From positions 15,500,001-15,564,000 of the forward strand of contig JANJGN010000022.1 of assembly GCA_026770705.1 (NCBI GenBank): a stretch of 64,000 nt of DNA, given 5' to 3'. The translations under genes were made by a program, and so were the position numbers. The notes under the pieces were generated by a model, which was not told where the DNA came from, made no database searches, and saw only the letters and a program-made list of their open reading frames with translations. Positions 24,628 through 36,132 of this stretch are shown one piece after another. Position 1 is the stretch's first letter. Each line of letters opens with the position of its first letter. Origin of the DNA: Isurus oxyrinchus (taxonomy: Eukaryota).

Positions 24628-26010
24628 ACAACAACTTGCATTTATTTAGATAGAAAATGCTGGAAATATCAGTTGATTTGATCGGACCTGCTGAGCATTT
24701 CCGGCATATTTTGTTTGCACCTCTGATTTCCAGCATCTGCAATATTTTGCTTTTGAACTTATATGTCACTTAAATAGCATTTTTAACATAATAAAATATC
24801 ATGTCGCACTTCGCAGGGGCGCTATAAAACAAAATTTGACACCAGGCCACGTATGGAGATATTAGGACAGGTGAACAAAAGTTTGGTCAAAGAAGTAGGT
24901 TTGAAGGATTATTTGGAAGAAGAGAAGCATAAGGAGGTGCACAGCTCAGGGCCGAGGCAGCTGAAAGCACTTCCACCCATGGTGCAGCAATGAAAATCAG
25001 GGCTATGCAAGAGGCCAGAATTGGAGGAGTGCAAAAATCCTAGAGGCTTATAGGGCTGGATGATGCCATAGAGATAGAAAGGGGGCAAGGCCAGTCTGAT
25101 CATCAGAATGAGAGTTTTAAAATCATAGCATTGCCAGACCAGGATCCAGTGTAGATAAGCAAGCACAGTGCTGATGAGTGAACAGGACTTGGTATGATCT
25201 AGGGTAAGGGCAGCATAGTTTTGGATGAGCTCAAGTCTACGGAGGATGGAAGATGGGAGACTGGCCAGAATATATTGGAATAGTCAAGACAGGGCATGAC
25301 AAAAGATTGATTGAAGTCTTCAACAGCAGACCAGCCGAGGTAGGGGTGGGGATAGGTGATATAATGGAGGTGGAAGAAGGTGGCCTTAGTGATGGGGATG
25401 ATATAGCAGTGCTTCCCAAACCTTGTTCCATTGTGGTCCCATTTTGAGGCTTGCAAATTGCCGTGACTCCAGAGTAGGAGCTGGGGAGATAGAACTGTGA
25501 GGGGAGGTGGGGGATGGGGCGTAGAGAGTGGTGAGAGCTGGGGGCAGGATGGATGGCATGGTGGAGAGCTGTGAGAGTGAGGAGCTGTTTGAACTGCAGG
25601 GATTTTAGTTAAAAAGCACCTACCCAACTTTCACTGACATTTTTGGAGCAGACATCAGGTCTCAAAGATCAGTCACCACGTCCACTATTAAAATAAAAGT
25701 GAGGATTTAAAGGGGTCCCAGAGTTTTTAACACTCAGTCAGAGCCCCTCGGCAGCCATTTCTACCTCGGAGCTCACGACCCAAACATTTTGTCTCATGTT
25801 CCCACTGGTGGTCATGACCCACAGCTTGTGGGGGGCCCTGTGACATAGGGTCGTGGCCCCAGGTCAGGGTCACATAGCACCCCCAAGGTTGAGATGGCTG
25901 GTTCGGCTTCAAGCAAGGGGATGGAATAAATCGCAAGGGATTGGAGTTTGTGGCAGAGGCTGTAGTTTGATCAGAACACAGCACTGATATCAGAGACATT
26001 AGAAAATGGA
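24628..26010 (-). mobile_element. L2 LINE 3' fragment with nested insertions
   Basis: Reversed tail AACAACTTGCATTTAT. Minus ORF remnants 'KATFFHL..FVMPCLDYSN' and 'LHW...FKTLIL' are L2 C-terminal motifs. Confidence 0.75.
25407..25900. mobile_element. hAT (Charlie-like) non-autonomous element
   Basis: Left end CAGTGCTTCCCAAACC is a typical hAT TIR. Right end GGGTCGTGGCCCC..AGGTTGAGA..CTG is degenerate. It interrupts L2; no 8-bp TSD seen. Confidence 0.5.
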
Positions 26011-26659
26011 CCAGTTTGGAGCTATTGGGAACAACTATTCATTTCTGGGTCCTTTTAGATTTTTGCATTTCAAACCCTCTTCACAACTACTTATGCATCA
26101 CAGCGAGCAGACCAGATCTTATTAATTGGTATCAAATTATGTTTTCTTTCCCCTAAAAGACTAAATATTGATTGGAACACCTGAGTGTGAGTAAATGCTT
26201 CTCATTGCAGAAACCAAAGGAACATTTTTTGAACGTAATGAGTGCTGACTGGACATTTCACATACAAAAAGCTATTTCAGAGAGTCGGACGAGGCTGGCC
26301 ATAGCCACAGTTTATTTATGTTACTACTGCCAAAAACATGTACAAATTACATAAACTGGCTTCAAATCTTGGAACCTGCTTAAAATGAGGCAGAATGCAG
26401 GCAAGGACTAATAAGATCAACTTCGTTTTCACCAGGGGATGAAATGTCCGTTACTCTTTCAAGGTTTTTTCCCACGATAACAACTTTCCTTCAATCTTCC
26501 TTTACAGATGACCAATGCTTTACACATACAATATACCAAATTCTCCTTATGCTAGCAAGGCAGGATGACCATACCTCACTGGGCCAGACTGTTACAGGTA
26601 CAGTGATACCAGAAAAGTTCAAAATTTTCCCTCCCTTCCTATGGAGAAATACTTGACTT

Positions 26660-27145
26660 AGCGGAAAGGCAATGAAGATCCACTAGATTAGTTCCCAGGA
26701 TGAGAGGATTGGTCTGTGAAGAAATAATTGAGCAGAATGGGCCTATCCTTCTCTGGGGTTATGAAGAATGAAAGGAAATCTCATTGAGATTCTTAGAGAA
26801 CTTGATAGGGTAGATGCTGAGAGGCTTCCCCGCTGACTGGAGAGTTCAGAACTAGGGCCCTTGATTCAGGATGAGGGGTCAGCGATTTAAGACTGAGTTG
26901 ATGGTAATTTTCTTTGCTTAGGGGATTGTAAATCTTTGGCATTCTTTGCACCTGAGAGTTGTGGAAGCTCAGTCATTGAATATACTCAAGATTGAGATCA
27001 ATAGATTTTCGGGCAACAAGGTATATGGGAATAGGACTGGAAACTGATGTAGTATTTGAATATTAGACATAATCTTACTGAATGGTGAACCAGGCTAGAG
27101 AAGCCATATAGTCTACTTACCTTTTTTTAATATTCTTATGTTCTT
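26660..27145 (+). mobile_element. CR1 3' end
   Basis: GAAGAATGA.AGG.AATCTCATTGA..GAACTAGGG..TTTAAGACTGAG motifs, ending TATTCTTATGTTCTT. Confidence 0.75.
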
Positions 27146-27395
27146 AATTCAGGTGTTGATGTTCACTGTTCTGAACTTGATATCATGCCCCTACATTATA
27201 GCATATATTAGTTGTAATTTTGACTTTGTGAAATAGTGTAGAACAGGGTATAGTCAAAAATCCAACACTCACTGTACCCTGTGCCCTTAGAGTTATTAGA
27301 CCTCTGCCGGGGGTTTGTAATAAGTTTGGGTAGCTCCTGTAAATTGGAAGTATTTATGGCTCAGAACCCATGATACACTATCACACAAAGTCAAA

Positions 27396-27800
27396 GGGGG
27401 GGATTTTTCAGCCCCCCACTGCATGTGTTTTGGTGAGGGGCACGTAAAATAGGATGGTGTCTAGCTCACCACCTTCTGGCTCACCCCCAAGCTGACCCCC
27501 ATAATGCACTGGATGGGTAATGTGTCAGCCAGTCTGCCCTCCCTTCGGCCTATTGTGGCCCTTAACTGGCCAATTAATGGGCAGTAAAGGGCCTAATTCC
27601 ACATCTGCTGCCATTATATGGTGGGCAGTGGAAGGCAGAGGGAAGTGGTAAAAAGGCTGGAAGGATGTGGGGGTACCTCCTTTGGGGGGGTCCCTGTGTG
27701 CATCAGGGGCACCCCTCTACCCAAGATGGTAACCCTCCCTTTATGACTCCTTCCCTGGGCTCCAAAACCGGATCTCCCTAACCACCTCGCCCCTCTCCCC
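27396..27800. mobile_element. Harbinger-type MITE, left part
   Basis: Start GGGGGGATTTTTCAGCCCCC. Internal palindrome GGCCCTTAACTGGCCAATTAATGGGCAGTAAAGGGCC (27557-27593) is shared with the 39618-40254 element. Confidence 0.5.
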
Positions 27801-27877
27801 AGGGTCCAAAATTGCTATTATTAAACCTGAAAGTCTCTTTAAGAAAGTCCTGATCAATGGTCACTTACATGAAAGTT

Positions 27878-28375
27878 TGGCTGGATTTTCCCGTAGACCT
27901 CAGGACCTCAGGCACCCGATCCTGCAACTGCGGGCAGCAAAATTGGTGATGCAATCTTCTGGGAGGCTTCCTCCTGTTTGACCGCCTCCACACTCGACAT
28001 CCGATTTAGGGATGCGGGTGGGCTTGTGCTGATGCAGGCCCAGTTAGAGGGCAGAGGTGGGCAGTGCCAGGACAATTCATGGATTGTGAGGGCACCTCAG
28101 CACGGAGACACTCCTGCAGGCCTGGATAGAAATAAAACACTCCACTGCTAACAAAATGCGGGGGAGGCCACACAATCACCCCTCATTGGGCCTTCGCCAT
28201 GTTAATTGGCAGCCCACCTCCATGGGGAGGGTGGCCCAGTCCGTGTCCTAGCCCACCCCCGGCAAGTTCCTCGGTGGTGGCAGTGCATAAGGGAGCTTTC
28301 TTGACACGGCTCCCCTCTATATTGCTGGCCCACTGCCACCGAGCTCCTCATCACAGGGCCAGAAAAATTCAGCTC
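27878..28375. mobile_element. Harbinger-type MITE (~500 bp)
   Basis: TIR-like ends GGCTGGATTTTCC / GAAAAATTCAGCTC, GC-rich interior, flanked on both sides by parts of a Penelope terminal repeat. Confidence 0.6.
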
Positions 28376-28459
28376 ACATCTCTGCTGCACCACAGATGCT
28401 GCCCGACCTGCTGAGTATTTCTCGCATTCGTTGTTTTTATGTCAGATTTCCAGTATCTT

Positions 28460-30400
28460 CTGGTCATTTAGGGTTGGTCAGTTGTACCAGTGCTAGGAGA
28501 ATGCATCAGTAATATGCAGGCATATCACGGTGTCAATTACAGTGTCAACTCTCCAACTTATATCCTCTTCTAATCTCACACAGCCCAAAATGTGTTCAGC
28601 TGCAGGAAGCACTCCTTCCCTCCCCACCTCTTCCAACAACTCTATTTAAAGGGATCATCAACTATTTACAGAATAGTTGTTGACTAATTTCTATTAGCTG
28701 CTGCAGAGTTAGTAGAAGTGTCTAGCGGTTCCTACTGCCAAAGTTAAGTTGGTAAAGCCTACAGGAGTGATGCGACAGGTGGTGAAAGCCTTGCTTCTCA
28801 AGGGTTCTGCTCCCACCATTTGCTCCCAGTCATAGGTGCTGTAGTTTCTACCCCCCTTGGCCTGTGACATGATGGGTAGAATGAGCAGAGATGACATTGA
28901 GGAGGACAAACTGCTCAAAGAGGGAGGACGAAGAAGTGGGGAAGGGCTCTCAGCAGGAGGCTGTATCCACCCAGGGCCTCCAGGGAGTAATTCTCCTCCC
29001 TCAATTTAAGGAAGGGACAGTGAGTTATCTTTCATTGTGGAGGTGCCTCCTGAAATCTGTCATCTGTTGCAGGCAGACCTGTAATTTCAGAGCAGGGCGA
29101 GGATGGCACTGCCAGTGGCTGTGTGGCCATGGGCTTCTTTGTGTTGGGTTCCTCTCAGGATGGAGCAAGTGACATCTGCAGCATCTTACAGTTTGCCACC
29201 CACAGAGGGAAGTGACTGATGCATTGTGCGTGTTGGAAAGGGGAATTACATGGTCTTCCTTCTTTCCAGAGAGCAGAGCCAGAGCATGCATGTGGTTCCA
29301 CCAGGAAAGAGGACTTCCCATGGACTTCCATGGTACATGGTGCCATTGATTGCATACACATTGCTTTTATGCGTGCCACATCTAAGTTCAGAGATGTACT
29401 GCAACCACAAGGGGTTCCACTCACTCAGTGTGCAACCCTGCACTGCATAATATGCAGATCAATGTCCAGTCTGCTGGCAAAAGTCATAATGCCTTTATTC
29501 TGGGCCAGTTCTCTGTACCATCAGCACAGGAGACTACAGCATGGCTACTGAGTGACAAGGGCTATCCACTGATGACATAGCTAATGAGTCTGGTGAGCAA
29601 CCCACACACGTGTGCAGCATGCATAACCGAGAGCCATGCTGACACACAAAATGTCATTCAGTGAGCACTGAGTAATGCTTCTGCTACCTGGACCGGCCTG
29701 GAGGAGATCTGCAGTACTCTAAAGAACCTGTGTCACAATTTGTCACGATCTGCTGAATTCTCCATCATGAGGGCACAGCCCCTACCACCAGCTGAAGAAG
29801 ATGAGAAAGAGGAGGTAGAAGAAAAGAACAGGAGGAGGAAGAAGAGAAGGAAGGAGAGAAAGGGAGGAAACAACCAAAGCCATTCCCTTTCTGATCAGGC
29901 TATCAGTGGTTGGTACATGGTTCCCAATTCCCCACTCACCAACAGCCCGACACCTTACTGTCCCTCTGTTACTGACCAGCACAGCATCTTCTTGCTCAAA
30001 TTGCTGAAATAAAAGCCACCATGAAATAAATATTCCCAATGAACTTTATCAAATGAACCATCCAATATTCCTGACAAAAGCCAACTAATCATCCTTGTGC
30101 AATCCTTAGCAGCTGCCTTCCATGTGCCTTAGCCAAGCCTGATGTTCCTGCCTGATGATCTTAGTGGCTGCAGCATGGCTGGAGGAAGGCTGCTGACCTT
30201 CAATGGGAGAGGTCGCAGATGGCCCGAGAAGACCTGGGCTGGGATTTTCCAATTCGGCCTGTGCTGGGGATTGTCGCGGACAGGATGGAAAATTTGACGG
30301 ACCAGCTAAAGGTCCACTGACTTCGGGCAAGCGGGACTGGAAAATCCCAGCCCTGGTTTCGGACTGCACGACCTCAGAATTCTGGGCTGACGGAAGCAAG
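28460..30400 (+). mobile_element. Second Harbinger remnant: decayed transposase (+, ~28870-29900) and probable convergent partner-gene end
   Basis: Plus ORF remnants 'VHGAIDCIHIA', 'NHKGFHSLSVQ', 'DKGYPL' (~29553) and an acidic tail 'EEDEKEEVEE'. AATAAA near 30008. Confidence 0.75.
30237..30352. mobile_element. 116-bp Harbinger MITE with perfect TIRs
   Basis: 15-bp TIR GGCTGGGATTTTCCA / TGGAAAATCCCAGCC. 3-bp TSD CTG at 30234-30236 and 30353-30355. Confidence 0.85.
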
Positions 30401-30436
30401 AAATAGCGATGCAAGGGAAACTCCCAATTTCCCACA

Positions 30437-30577
30437 GTGACACAACTATAGAGAATTAAGAAATTTGGGACATTAGAGCAACATCCCATCAGTTCATTAC
30501 ACTTATGGCCTAACTCCCCATGGTGACACAACTATGATAAATCATGAAATATTGAGCCTACACCCCATTAGTTTATT
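30437..30577. repeat. Degenerate tandem duplication, ~86 bp period
   Basis: GTGACACAACTAT...GAAAT...GAGC.ACA.CCCAT.AGTT.ATT occurs twice (30437 and 30523). Confidence 0.65.
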
Positions 30578-31216
30578 GTGCTCTGCTTGCATTCTCCAGC
30601 ATGTTGCACCACTACAGTGACCAACATGATGATCTTGTTCAGTGAACATTAGGCTATTTACCAATTGCTGGACATGTTAATGAAATAATGCTTGATATAA
30701 ATAAATACTCTCGCAGCAGCTAACTTCAAGGCACGGTTACCAAATAGCAATGGCATGCAGAATAAATGATTAGAATTTAGGCTCCTTCTTACAATTGTAT
30801 CCATGATTGGCATCTAACCTATGAATATGAGCACATCCCTTTCTGCATTTCACATAATACATGTTTGTGGATCTTGCTTTTTGAGTTTTATATCAAATAA
30901 ATCCTACTTCAAGAAGAATGAAAGCATTATGCCTTTCGAGTGTATTGACTAATAAGCATGTTGTAGGTCTCTGTGATGTCACAAATATATCTTGTCCATT
31001 CCAAAAGCAAATGGTGCATGCAGCATATAAACTAGCTTTCCTATTGCGTAAGCATTTTAACTAGCTTGACTAGAATCAGACAACCAAACTGTTGTTGTGA
31101 CTTCTGCTGCTTTGAGTGGAGCTTTGACCTCAGACTGTGCATTCATCATATACACAATCTTCCGTGAGTCCTGCATTCTTGGGGTATTCTCAGAAATAAA
31201 AACTCAATTCAACAGC

Positions 31217-31303
31217 AAAAACTGTTTGACTGAAAGGTTTTCCCAGAGGTTGACAGAGGTAAAAATTGTTTGACTGAAAGTTTTTCCCAGAGGTTGACAG
31301 AGG
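31217..31303. repeat. Near-perfect tandem duplication, 44 bp period
   Basis: AAAAA.TGTTTGACTGAAAG.TTTTCCCAGAGGTTGACAGAGG occurs twice. Confidence 0.9.
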
Positions 31304-31442
31304 ATGATTAAGGTTTCCTTGCTGATTTAATAATGTTGGTGTGATACCACAAAGACATACTCACAGGCAGTCAGCTTAATGTGTTCATAAACCGGAGAAT
31401 GTTTGGATGGAATATATGGAATATGTAGAAACCTTGATTCAG

Positions 31443-31663
31443 TGTAAAGGGTTACTATAAATAGATAGTCTACAACATTAGTGATGTAAGATCACATGAC
31501 AGCAGAGCATGCTGAGAGGTAGTTCTGTGTGAAGCCTCACGCTCAGCCTTATCCTGCACCTAGTTAGAAGAATGTTTAATAAAAGTTAAAGTTTGCCAAC
31601 AGCTTTGCTTCAGCAGTCTCCATTGATCCTAGCCTAGGACAACGTAAGCTAAGTCCCACAACA
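31443..31663 (+). mobile_element. Short solo LTR-like element
   Basis: TGTAAAGGG...CACAACA termini, GATCACATGA motif and AATAAA. Architecture resembles 50068-50320 in reverse. No TSD. Confidence 0.4.
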
Positions 31664-31714
31664 ATGACAACAGACTTGCTACTGTAATTTTGTAGAAATT
31701 ATTTATATTTGCAT

Positions 31715-31812
31715 ATGAACAGAAAATGCTGGAAGTGCTCAGCTGGTCAGGTAGTACCTGCAGGAACAGAAGCAGAATTAACATTTCAGATCGGTGACCT
31801 GTCATCAAAACC
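31715..31812 (-). mobile_element. Penelope-derived terminal-repeat fragment with degenerate hammerhead
   Basis: Reverse strand TTGATGA-C-AGGTC-ACC-GATCT-GAAA-TGTT-AATT, followed by the ..GACCAGCTGAGCACTTCCAGCATTTTCTG tail shared with the other PLE ends. Confidence 0.6.
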
Positions 31813-31961
31813 TTTGAATACATCTGTGTCGGCAAACTAAGAGTTAGCCATCTTATGAAATCTCTTAGATAGAGCTTCTTGTTTCTTCCATTCTCTTTCC
31901 TTAAAAGTCTCCATGTTGATAAAGTAATTGTTTAATTAGAGCTAAAATCAAATTAAGTCTA

Positions 31962-32990
31962 CATAGTGTGCCCGATTTACATCCACTTGTCTCTTTACAT
32001 CTTCTCAGTCTCTGATCCACCAAGGGATGAGGTGGACAAAGCAATAAACTTTTCAGAAGCACATTCTCCCATCAACCATTCGCAGCCCACGAGGACACTA
32101 GGCGAACAGTTGAACTGTAACCTTTGGCAAATTTCTAGATCAACAGTATGTCTGTCATCAGCCGAGCAAACCAGCCTCGGTGTCAGTGGCAAACTATTGT
32201 CATAAACTACTGTGATCCTGGCAGTACCATGGGTCCCAAGAAGGGCAATCAGAAACACAGGAAGAAAGAAAAAAGCTCTTTCTTCCATTGGCCTTCCAAA
32301 GGAGGCCCACGGCTACTGCTGCAAGAGTGCTCACAGCGAACACGTCTTGAATAGCCAAAGCTCCAACAGAGATGCGAGTCACCTTACGTCACTCGATATG
32401 CATTTTTTTGATGCTGGAATTTAGATCAGTGGGTTCTCTGAGGTCCAATTTATTGACAGGATGATTCCTTTTGCCTGGTCAGCTGTGTATCATTCTGATG
32501 TGCCATAACTGGAGTTATGAAAAAAAACCGCGACGTGTAGACCTCAGTCCAAAAGGGAAGACAAGTAAAAGAGGCTATGTACACAGCTGTGTCGGGAAAT
32601 GCTGCCACAGTTTCATGCGTACATTACAGCTTCTGGGCACCAAGCCACCGGGAATTGATCCAGTTATTTATTTTAAACGCAGGCGCAAGCTGTCAAGCAC
32701 AGTTTGGTATGATTTATACAAAATATCATTTTCCAATACAAACACATCTGCACCCTATGGTGGGTCAGCCACTAGCTGGGTGTACACTGTGGCTGCCATG
32801 CTACCGTTTAAGGTGACCACAGTGCGCACGTCTCATGCCTAGTCAGACAGCCAAGTTACAGTCACTTGGCTCAGGACCACAGGGTGGAGGTGCAAGTCCA
32901 CAAATAAAAGGAACAAAAAGAGGCGCGCTCCATTATTAACCAGCTTGTGTCCAAATACACTTCAGGACGTGCCGGCCACAAGCTGAGAAG
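31962..32990. other. Unclassified CpG-rich insert, DNA-transposon-like
   Basis: Many retained CpGs against a depleted background, several short palindromes, CATAGTG/CACTGTG/CACAGTG motifs, no recognisable ORF. Confidence 0.35.
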
Positions 32991-33352
32991 AATGACTGAA
33001 TGTCCTTTTATGCTGCTTGAATTTTTTTATGTGCTGTTGGGTTGTTTTTACAGCAGTTATCGCATTGCATTTTCTGAACAATGGATAGATCACCCCAGTT
33101 AGGGAACACAGTTATGCAATATTCCTAGTTAGCAGCATGTTTCAATTAACTCCTGCACAACCAGCTTTTTACTGCTCTAAAGACATCACAGATATTTTTA
33201 AAAGGGAGAAAAATTGCATCCTACTGTACATTTAAACATAGATGCGTTGGATATGTTGCTGCAGGGGGAATACTTGTCTTAACACTGGACAAACTCTCTC
33301 TCTGTGTGTAGATTTCTCAATTCCTTTGATTTGGAGGGATGGGGGGGGTGGG

Positions 33353-33519
33353 GATTTTATTTTTCAGTGAGTGGGTATAAGAGCTTGCGGGGTGTAAGTA
33401 CTTACTGCAAATTTAGGCACATACTGCACATGTTTTTCCTCCTTGTAGTTTGTGTCTAAACTTGCAATAAATACCTACCCCTGTCAAGCTCTTATGCCTG
33501 GTCGCTGGATGGCAAAATC
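33353..33519. mobile_element. Fold-back (fully palindromic) MITE
   Basis: Arms of ~75 bp. Left GATTTT..TATAAGAGCTTG-CGGGG..TACTTACTGCAAATTTAGGCACATACTGCA matches the reverse complement of the right arm, GATTTT..CATAAGAGCTTGACAGGGG..TATTTATTGCAAGTTTAGACACAAACTACA. Confidence 0.75.
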
Positions 33520-33921
33520 TATATGAATGTCTTTTTAGGCACAAGGATGGATTTCTATAACTTCAGATACCCTGGTGAGTAGCAAAAAGCAACTCGAAAA
33601 GCTGCCATAAAAGTAGTTGAATGGTTGCCTATCTTCCAAAGCACAGTACAACACTGCACAAGTGAAGGAAAGAGTTCTCATGTTATGCATGATGTATGAT
33701 TATGCTGCTAAGGAGGAACGGTACCATTTTAAGACCACAGACTGTATTGCTGCACATAGAACAATTAGACGCTAATTCCTCTTTCGCACATCATGAGGTG
33801 AATTAAGAGGGTTTTGTTTCTTTGTAGTTTGAAAGCTGCTTCTAAATCTCTGGCTTATCCCCAAAGTCAGATAAAACAAGCATTAACTTACAAAACAGCC
33901 TTAAAGGAAAACAGTAACCAT

Positions 33922-34024
33922 GGGCGGGGATTTTACAGTCACGCCAAAGTCAATGGAGTTTTGAATGGCTCGCCGCATTTTATGGCCACAACCCACACTG
34001 TGACTGGGCCGTAAAACTCCACCC
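33922..34024. mobile_element. ~100-bp Harbinger MITE, same family as 30237-30352 in the opposite orientation
   Basis: TIR-like GGGCGGGGATTTTAC / GTAAAACTCCACCC. Internal AAAGTCAATGGA matches GAAGTCAGTGGA on the reverse strand of the 30237 element. Confidence 0.65.
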
Positions 34025-34034
34025 CGTATATTCT

Positions 34035-34640
34035 TTCCATCCCAAAAACAGTTTACTTCCACCTCACCAACCACTCCTGTCTCTGTTTCTGCCTATCTGA
34101 TACTTAGCTTCATCCATGTTTTCCAATCCTCTGTTGGTCTTATGCTCTTCTTAAACTTCAACTCATCCAAAACTCTGTTGGATGTATCCTACCCCACACC
34201 ACCTGTTCATCATCACCCCCTGTTCTTGCTGATTTACCTTGACTCCCAATCCCCCCAATGCCTTGAATTGAAAATTCTCGTGTTTAAACCCCTTCATGAG
34301 TTCGCCCCACCCCATCGCTGTATCACTTCCAGTCCTACAACCCTCCCTGCAAAATAATCTCTGTTCCTCTGACTTGGCTTTTTGTGCATCCTCCCACTTC
34401 GGACCCGCTAATAACAGAGGGGTTTTCAGCCATCCAGGCCTCATGCTCTGAAATACCTTCCCTAAAGCCTCTCCACCACCCTCCCCTCCTTTAAAGTCCC
34501 CCTTTAAACCAACTTCTTTGTCCCTCCTCCTAATATCTCCTTCTCTGGCTCACGATCCACTTTTGATTTTGACTCTGTTACACTTTGGACATTATTTTTT
34601 TTACCTTAAAGGCACCGCAAAGGCAACTTGCTGCTGTAAC
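34035..34640 (+). mobile_element. L2 LINE 3' end
   Basis: ORF remnant 'LELKILVFKPLH..APP', then CCTCCTTTAA..CCCTTTAAAC and tail AAAGGCAC..CAACTTGCTGCTG. Confidence 0.7.
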
Positions 34641-35829
34641 AAAGTGTGATTATCTCATGCATACTGCTCTTTGCACATCATGGTATCATTATGTACAGTA
34701 TGGGTGATCATTGTACACAAGACTTGCATCACAGAGTTTATAATGTTAAATGATTACAGCCACGATGTGTCACACTCACAATGTGGAAAATGTGCACACC
34801 CTTCATTCTGTTGTAGTCAGTTTTTTCTGCCACTGGATGGTTAAACTCTTCATTTATATTCATACATTTAATAACATAACTTATTACCAAGAACAAACAA
34901 TTTTATAAATATACTATATAAGTCACTTCTATATACTATATAAGTATATAACTATATATTCTATACTATATAAGTCACTTCTAACTGTACAAAGTTACTG
35001 TGTGGTTCTGAACAAATAACTTTACCAGTGACGGCCATTACATAGATGTGTCAAAGTGGAGTCAGGACCTGTGGTGACCCTGTTTAGGTTATTTCTAGCT
35101 TGTCAGAAGTACTGTTACGCTCAGTTTCAGAGAGATTTTGCCTTGCATCACTTTATGTGATAAGAAGTGAGAAATGCCTATGTACATATACTCTGCATCA
35201 GCATAATGATGCTTTGCATGCTTCATCTATGTCTCTATGGATTTATACAAAGTATGTGGTGTGAAACAGCTGTGGAATTGCTATAAGCATGTAGTTCCCC
35301 ATGCCCTTCAATATTCTTTTTTAGCACAATTGCAGATGTCCCACGACATGTTTGAAGGATGAGGATTAATGACATTTGTAAAAGCCCACAGACCAAACCA
35401 GGTACAACACATCCTGCTCCATTGTCCTCTCCTGCAGGTATTAGTTCCTTGTTGGAGTATGGTTTCATACATATAAAATATCCCTACCCAACACAGCATT
35501 TACATAAGTGATCATTATTCACATGTGAGGCTTAACAGTGAATATTGGCAGGCTATTTGACTACAGAGGCATCACAGCTGTGGGTGTAGTGTTCATTTGT
35601 TCAGTGTTTCATTATGTGTGTCTGGTATCTGTTCTCTGTATGTGATTGGTTAAGCTTGGGTGAAGTGACTAAGTGAACTTTAGGCAAGCTGCTGTAAGCA
35701 TGAGAGAGCAGACAATTTAAAGTATTGAATAAAACTCCTGTTATGCACAAAGAAGCTGGTGTATCATCTCTGCATATCTCCAAGGCATAAAACACAACAA
35801 TGGGTGCAAGGGACTTGAACACGTAATAT

Positions 35830-36132
35830 AGTCTTATACTTCAAAGCAATACTGAGTGAGTACTGCACTGTGTTTCAGATGACACACAAAACTGAGGCCC
35901 CATCTGTCCTTCCAGTTTGGTGTAAAAGATCCCTGTCTGAAGATAAGCAAGGGTGCTCTGGTTCTCTATCACAAATTTTGTCTCATTTTTCGTTTGTGGG
36001 GACTTTCTGCACATAGATCAACTACATTTCTCCTACACTGCAAGAATGACCACATCTCCAGGGTACCTCATTATCCGCCAAGTGCTTTGGGATGTCCTGT
36101 GCTCCTGAAAGATGCTATGCAAAAGCAAGTAT
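35830..36132 (+). mobile_element. Decayed SacSINE1-like DeuSINE
   Basis: TACTGAG.GAGTACTGCACTG..TTTCAGATGA..AAACTGAGGCCCC..GTAAAAGATCCC and tail GTGCTTTGGGATGTCCTG..TGAAAGATGCTAT. Confidence 0.6.

Noticed and set aside
32785-32824. Immunoglobulin/TCR D segment (CACTGTG-26 nt-CACAGTG)
   Set aside because: There is no nonamer at 12 or 22/23 nt on either side and no V, J or C segments in the window; the heptamers are part of a longer inverted repeat.
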